Shown here: piece after piece, positions 16,364-18,184 of the stretch | Numbering within the stretch: position 1 is the stretch's first letter | How the letters are laid out: each line of letters opens with the position of its first letter | Assembly: GCF_010091945.1 (NCBI RefSeq) | Contig: NZ_WVIE01000002.1 | Location: forward strand, 39,802-57,985 | Reading direction: 5' to 3' | DNA from: Myxacorys almedinensis A | GTDB taxonomy: Bacteria > Cyanobacteriota > Cyanobacteriia > Leptolyngbyales > Leptolyngbyaceae | DNA length: 18,184 nucleotides | Position numbers and translations under genes: made by a program | The notes under the pieces: generated by a model | Database searches by the model: none | The model's input: only the letters and a program-made list of their open reading frames with translations | Told to the model about the DNA's origin: nothing

Positions 16364-16741
16364 ATGGTGGAACCAATATCATTTACTGCTGCTGCGATCG
16401 CAACCTTGGTTTTTAGTGAAACGTTTAAAGAAGTTGGTAAAACGTTGGGGAAAGGAACGCTAGACGCGGGTGGAAGATTGGCAAAACTGCTGTGGGAGAA
16501 GCGACCCGGCGCAGCAAAAGCACTTGAGGCGGGTGAAGAAACGCCAGAGTATCGGGATGCGATCGTAGAAGTCGAGACGTTAGCAAAAACCGACTCAGAT
16601 ATTGCAGCAGCCATTCAAGCTGTGATGCAAGCGATGCAGGCTCAACCGCAAGGGCAGCAGATCGTTAACTCATTCGTGCACAAAGCGGCGAATGTGTACA
16701 ATGCGCCCGTCACAATTGGGAAGCAAGAAATCAATTTTTGA
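16364..16741 (+). CDS. A 125-aa helical protein or module of unknown function. It is probably the N-terminal (effector-position) domain of the downstream NB-ARC/TPR protein, cut off by one in-frame TGA.
   Basis: The track ORF 16361..16741 starts at GTG. ATG 16364 has GGAG (16355-16358) 5 nt upstream. The sequence is MVEPISFTAAAIATLVFSETFKEVGKTLGKGTLDAGGRLAKLLWEKRPGAAKALEAGEETPEYRDAIVEVETLAKTDSDIAAAIQAVMQAMQAQPQGQQIVNSFVHKAANVYNAPVTIGKQEINF, ending at TGA 16739-16741. It is in the same frame as the open reading frame that begins at 16742. Confidence 0.65.
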   Translation: MVEPISFTAAAIATLVFSETFKEVGKTLGKGTLDAGGRLAKLLWEKRPGAAKALEAGEETPEYRDAIVEVETLAKTDSDIAAAIQAVMQAMQAQPQGQQIVNSFVHKAANVYNAPVTIGKQEINF

Positions 16742-18184
16742 CTGAAGCCGTCGGCATCCGGCTCCGACAAAGTACCGCCGTTATATGAAATTCCTGCGAT
16801 CGCGTCTCCCAATTTTGTAGGACGCACAGACGAACTTGTTCAACTGCATCAATTTCTCACGTCGTCGGAAGGTGCGGTGATTTCTGCCGTTGCTGGAATG
16901 GGGGGCGTGGGTAAAACGCAGTTAGCGGTGCAGTATGCGACTCGACATAAGGCAGATTATCCCGGCGGCATCTATTGGCTGAATGCGCGATCGGGGGATT
17001 TAGCGACTCAAATTATTCTCAAGGCAGAATTCGATCTGAAATTAGCGGGATTGGAGGCAGCGAAAGAGCGATACTCGAATCTGGATGAGTTGGTGGGGTG
17101 GTGTTGGCGGCATTGGTTGTCGGATGGCATCACGCTGGTGGTGTTGGATGATGTGGTCGAGTGGGCGAAGTGTCGATCGTATTGCCCAAAAGAGGCTCGG
17201 TTTCGGGTGCTGGTGACAACGCGCCAACAAAATTTACTGCCAAACTTTCCGACGATCGCGCTGGAGGTGTTGCAACCGGAAGAGGCGCGATCGCTGCTGG
17301 CAACGTTAGAGCAACAGGGACGAGTCGCCAACGATCCAGACACCGCAGACCAACTGTGTAAGGGACTGGGCTATTTGCCGTTAGGAATTGAACTCGTTGG
17401 AACCTATTTAGCGAAAGACCGACACCTGACGCTCTCGCAAATGGTGGAACGATTGCAGCAAAAAGGAATGCAAGATTCGGCACTGGAGCGATCGCCGCAG
17501 TATGAAATAACCGCCGAGTTGGGCGTGAAAGCGGCGTTTATGCTGACGTGGGAAATGTTGGATGCAGGTGAACAACAGGTTGCCCGATTGCTGAGTTACT
17601 TCGCGCTCGATTGGATTGAGTGGGATCTGGCGGAAGCGATGATGCAGCGTGTGGAAGGAGAGGCGTATTCGCTAGGAGAACTGAAGGCACGGTTGGAGAA
17701 TGCGTCGCTGGTGCAGATTGAAAAGGATGCTCCTTGGGTGTGTCGATTGCATCCGTTGATTCGGCAGTTTTTGCAAGAACAGGAAGCGGAGGCGGTTAAA
17801 ACCGCAGATGAAGCACCGTTACGATCGGCGTTTGTGTCGGTGATGATAGCGATCGCAAGTCAAATGCCAGATAACCCACCAACGGAGCGAATTGAGCGGT
17901 TTTCGGGGGTACGATCGCATGTTCAAGAAGTAGCAGAGTGCTACACAGAAGGATTGGAAGGAAGTGATCTGACATGGACGTTTATCGGACTAGCACGATT
18001 TTGTGCAGGACAGGCGCTCTTTACTGAAGCGGAATATTGGTATGCGGAATGTTTGAGAGTGACGCAACGGCTGTATGAAGGCGACCACCCGACTGTGGCA
18101 ATGAGCTTGAACAACTTAGCAAGTCTCTATGATTCACAAGGACGCTACAGCGAGGCAGAACCGTTGTACGAGCAAGCGTTGGCG
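16742..18184 (+). CDS. NB-ARC (STAND/NLR-like) P-loop ATPase with C-terminal TPR repeats. It is 3'-truncated by the window edge. It is open from the codon after the TGA at 16739-16741, with no ATG/GTG/TTG before GTG 16877. It is either a readthrough continuation of, or a disrupted fusion with, ORF 16364..16741.
   Basis: This ORF is missing from the track because it is open at the right edge. My translation shows these motifs:
- LKPSASGSDKVPPLYEIPAIASPNFVGRTDELVQLHQFLTSSEGAVISAVAGMGGVGKTQLAVQYA, with Walker A GMGGVGKT at 16895-16918.
- ITLVVLDDV, Walker B at 17135-17155.
- RVLVTTR.
- GYLPLGIELVG, GLPL-like.
- CRLHPLIRQFL, MHD-like.
- LNNLASLYDSQGRYSEAEPLYEQALA, kinesin-light-chain-type TPR.

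There are 481 codons with no stop. Confidence 0.85.
   Translation, partial: MKPSASGSDKVPPLYEIPAIASPNFVGRTDELVQLHQFLTSSEGAVISAVAGMGGVGKTQLAVQYATRHKADYPGGIYWLNARSGDLATQIILKAEFDLKLAGLEAAKERYSNLDELVGWCWRHWLSDGITLVVLDDVVEWAKCRSYCPKEARFRVLVTTRQQNLLPNFPTIALEVLQPEEARSLLATLEQQGRVANDPDTADQLCKGLGYLPLGIELVGTYLAKDRHLTLSQMVERLQQKGMQDSALERSPQYEITAELGVKAAFMLTWEMLDAGEQQVARLLSYFALDWIEWDLAEAMMQRVEGEAYSLGELKARLENASLVQIEKDAPWVCRLHPLIRQFLQEQEAEAVKTADEAPLRSAFVSVMIAIASQMPDNPPTERIERFSGVRSHVQEVAECYTEGLEGSDLTWTFIGLARFCAGQALFTEAEYWYAECLRVTQRLYEGDHPTVAMSLNNLASLYDSQGRYSEAEPLYEQALA

Noticed and set aside
16739-16741. The in-frame TGA as a selenocysteine codon.
   Set aside because: The downstream hairpin options have only 5-bp stems and do not resemble the bacterial SECIS elements I know. 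The position is a linker between domains, not a redox active site. Nothing in the window suggests Sec machinery. Pseudogenisation, sequencing error or leaky termination are simpler explanations.
16249-17483. Minus-strand track ORFs 16249..16614, 16642..16827, 17008..17343, 17042..17230 and 17130..17483, plus the + strand ORF 17161..17361.
   Set aside because: They are antisense or out of frame to the NB-ARC reading frame, whose Walker A/B, GLPL-like and MHD-like motifs establish the true frame. Their translations are Ser/Arg/Pro-rich with no motifs.

Overview
This is a cyanobacterial chromosomal segment, shown by frequent HIP1 GCGATCGC octamers and by psbD-psbC, ycf4 and crtP. Features from left to right:
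- The 5' part of phytoene desaturase (-).
- A secreted clan GH-A-like glycoside hydrolase (+).
- A signal-peptide, Cys-rich, polytopic membrane protein (-).
- A CbiX-type chelatase and cobA/SUMT (+).
- The overlapping psbD-psbC operon (-), ending at a perfect 14-bp bidirectional hairpin terminator.
- Divergent ycf4 (+).
- A tightly packed + strand cluster: a lipoprotein cyclophilin, a shortened beta-ketoacyl synthase with an intact Cys-His-His triad, a CruA/CruP-like flavoprotein, and a SirB1/YchA-like transglutaminase-fold/TPR protein.
- A convergent SRPBCC protein (-), followed by a 475-bp AT-rich spacer.
- A 562-aa membrane protein built of five 'conserved TM helix' repeats (+), a second bidirectional terminator, and a DUF3148-like small protein (-).

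I found no rRNA, tRNA, CRISPR array, transposase or integrase.

The most unusual locus is at the right edge, about 15.94-18.18 kb. It starts with four AGGA-N4-TCCT-type palindromes in strict 21-bp register, including two 51-nt HIP1-containing direct repeats. A 125-codon helical ORF follows. That ORF lies in the same reading frame as an NB-ARC/TPR (NLR-like STAND) ATPase and is separated from it by a single TGA. The ATPase part has no convincing start codon of its own and runs off the window. I read this as a candidate NLR-type conflict or cell-death module with an uncharacterised N-terminal effector-like domain. It may be interrupted, leaky-stop regulated, or mis-sequenced. All product calls come from motif recognition by eye; no database search was possible.
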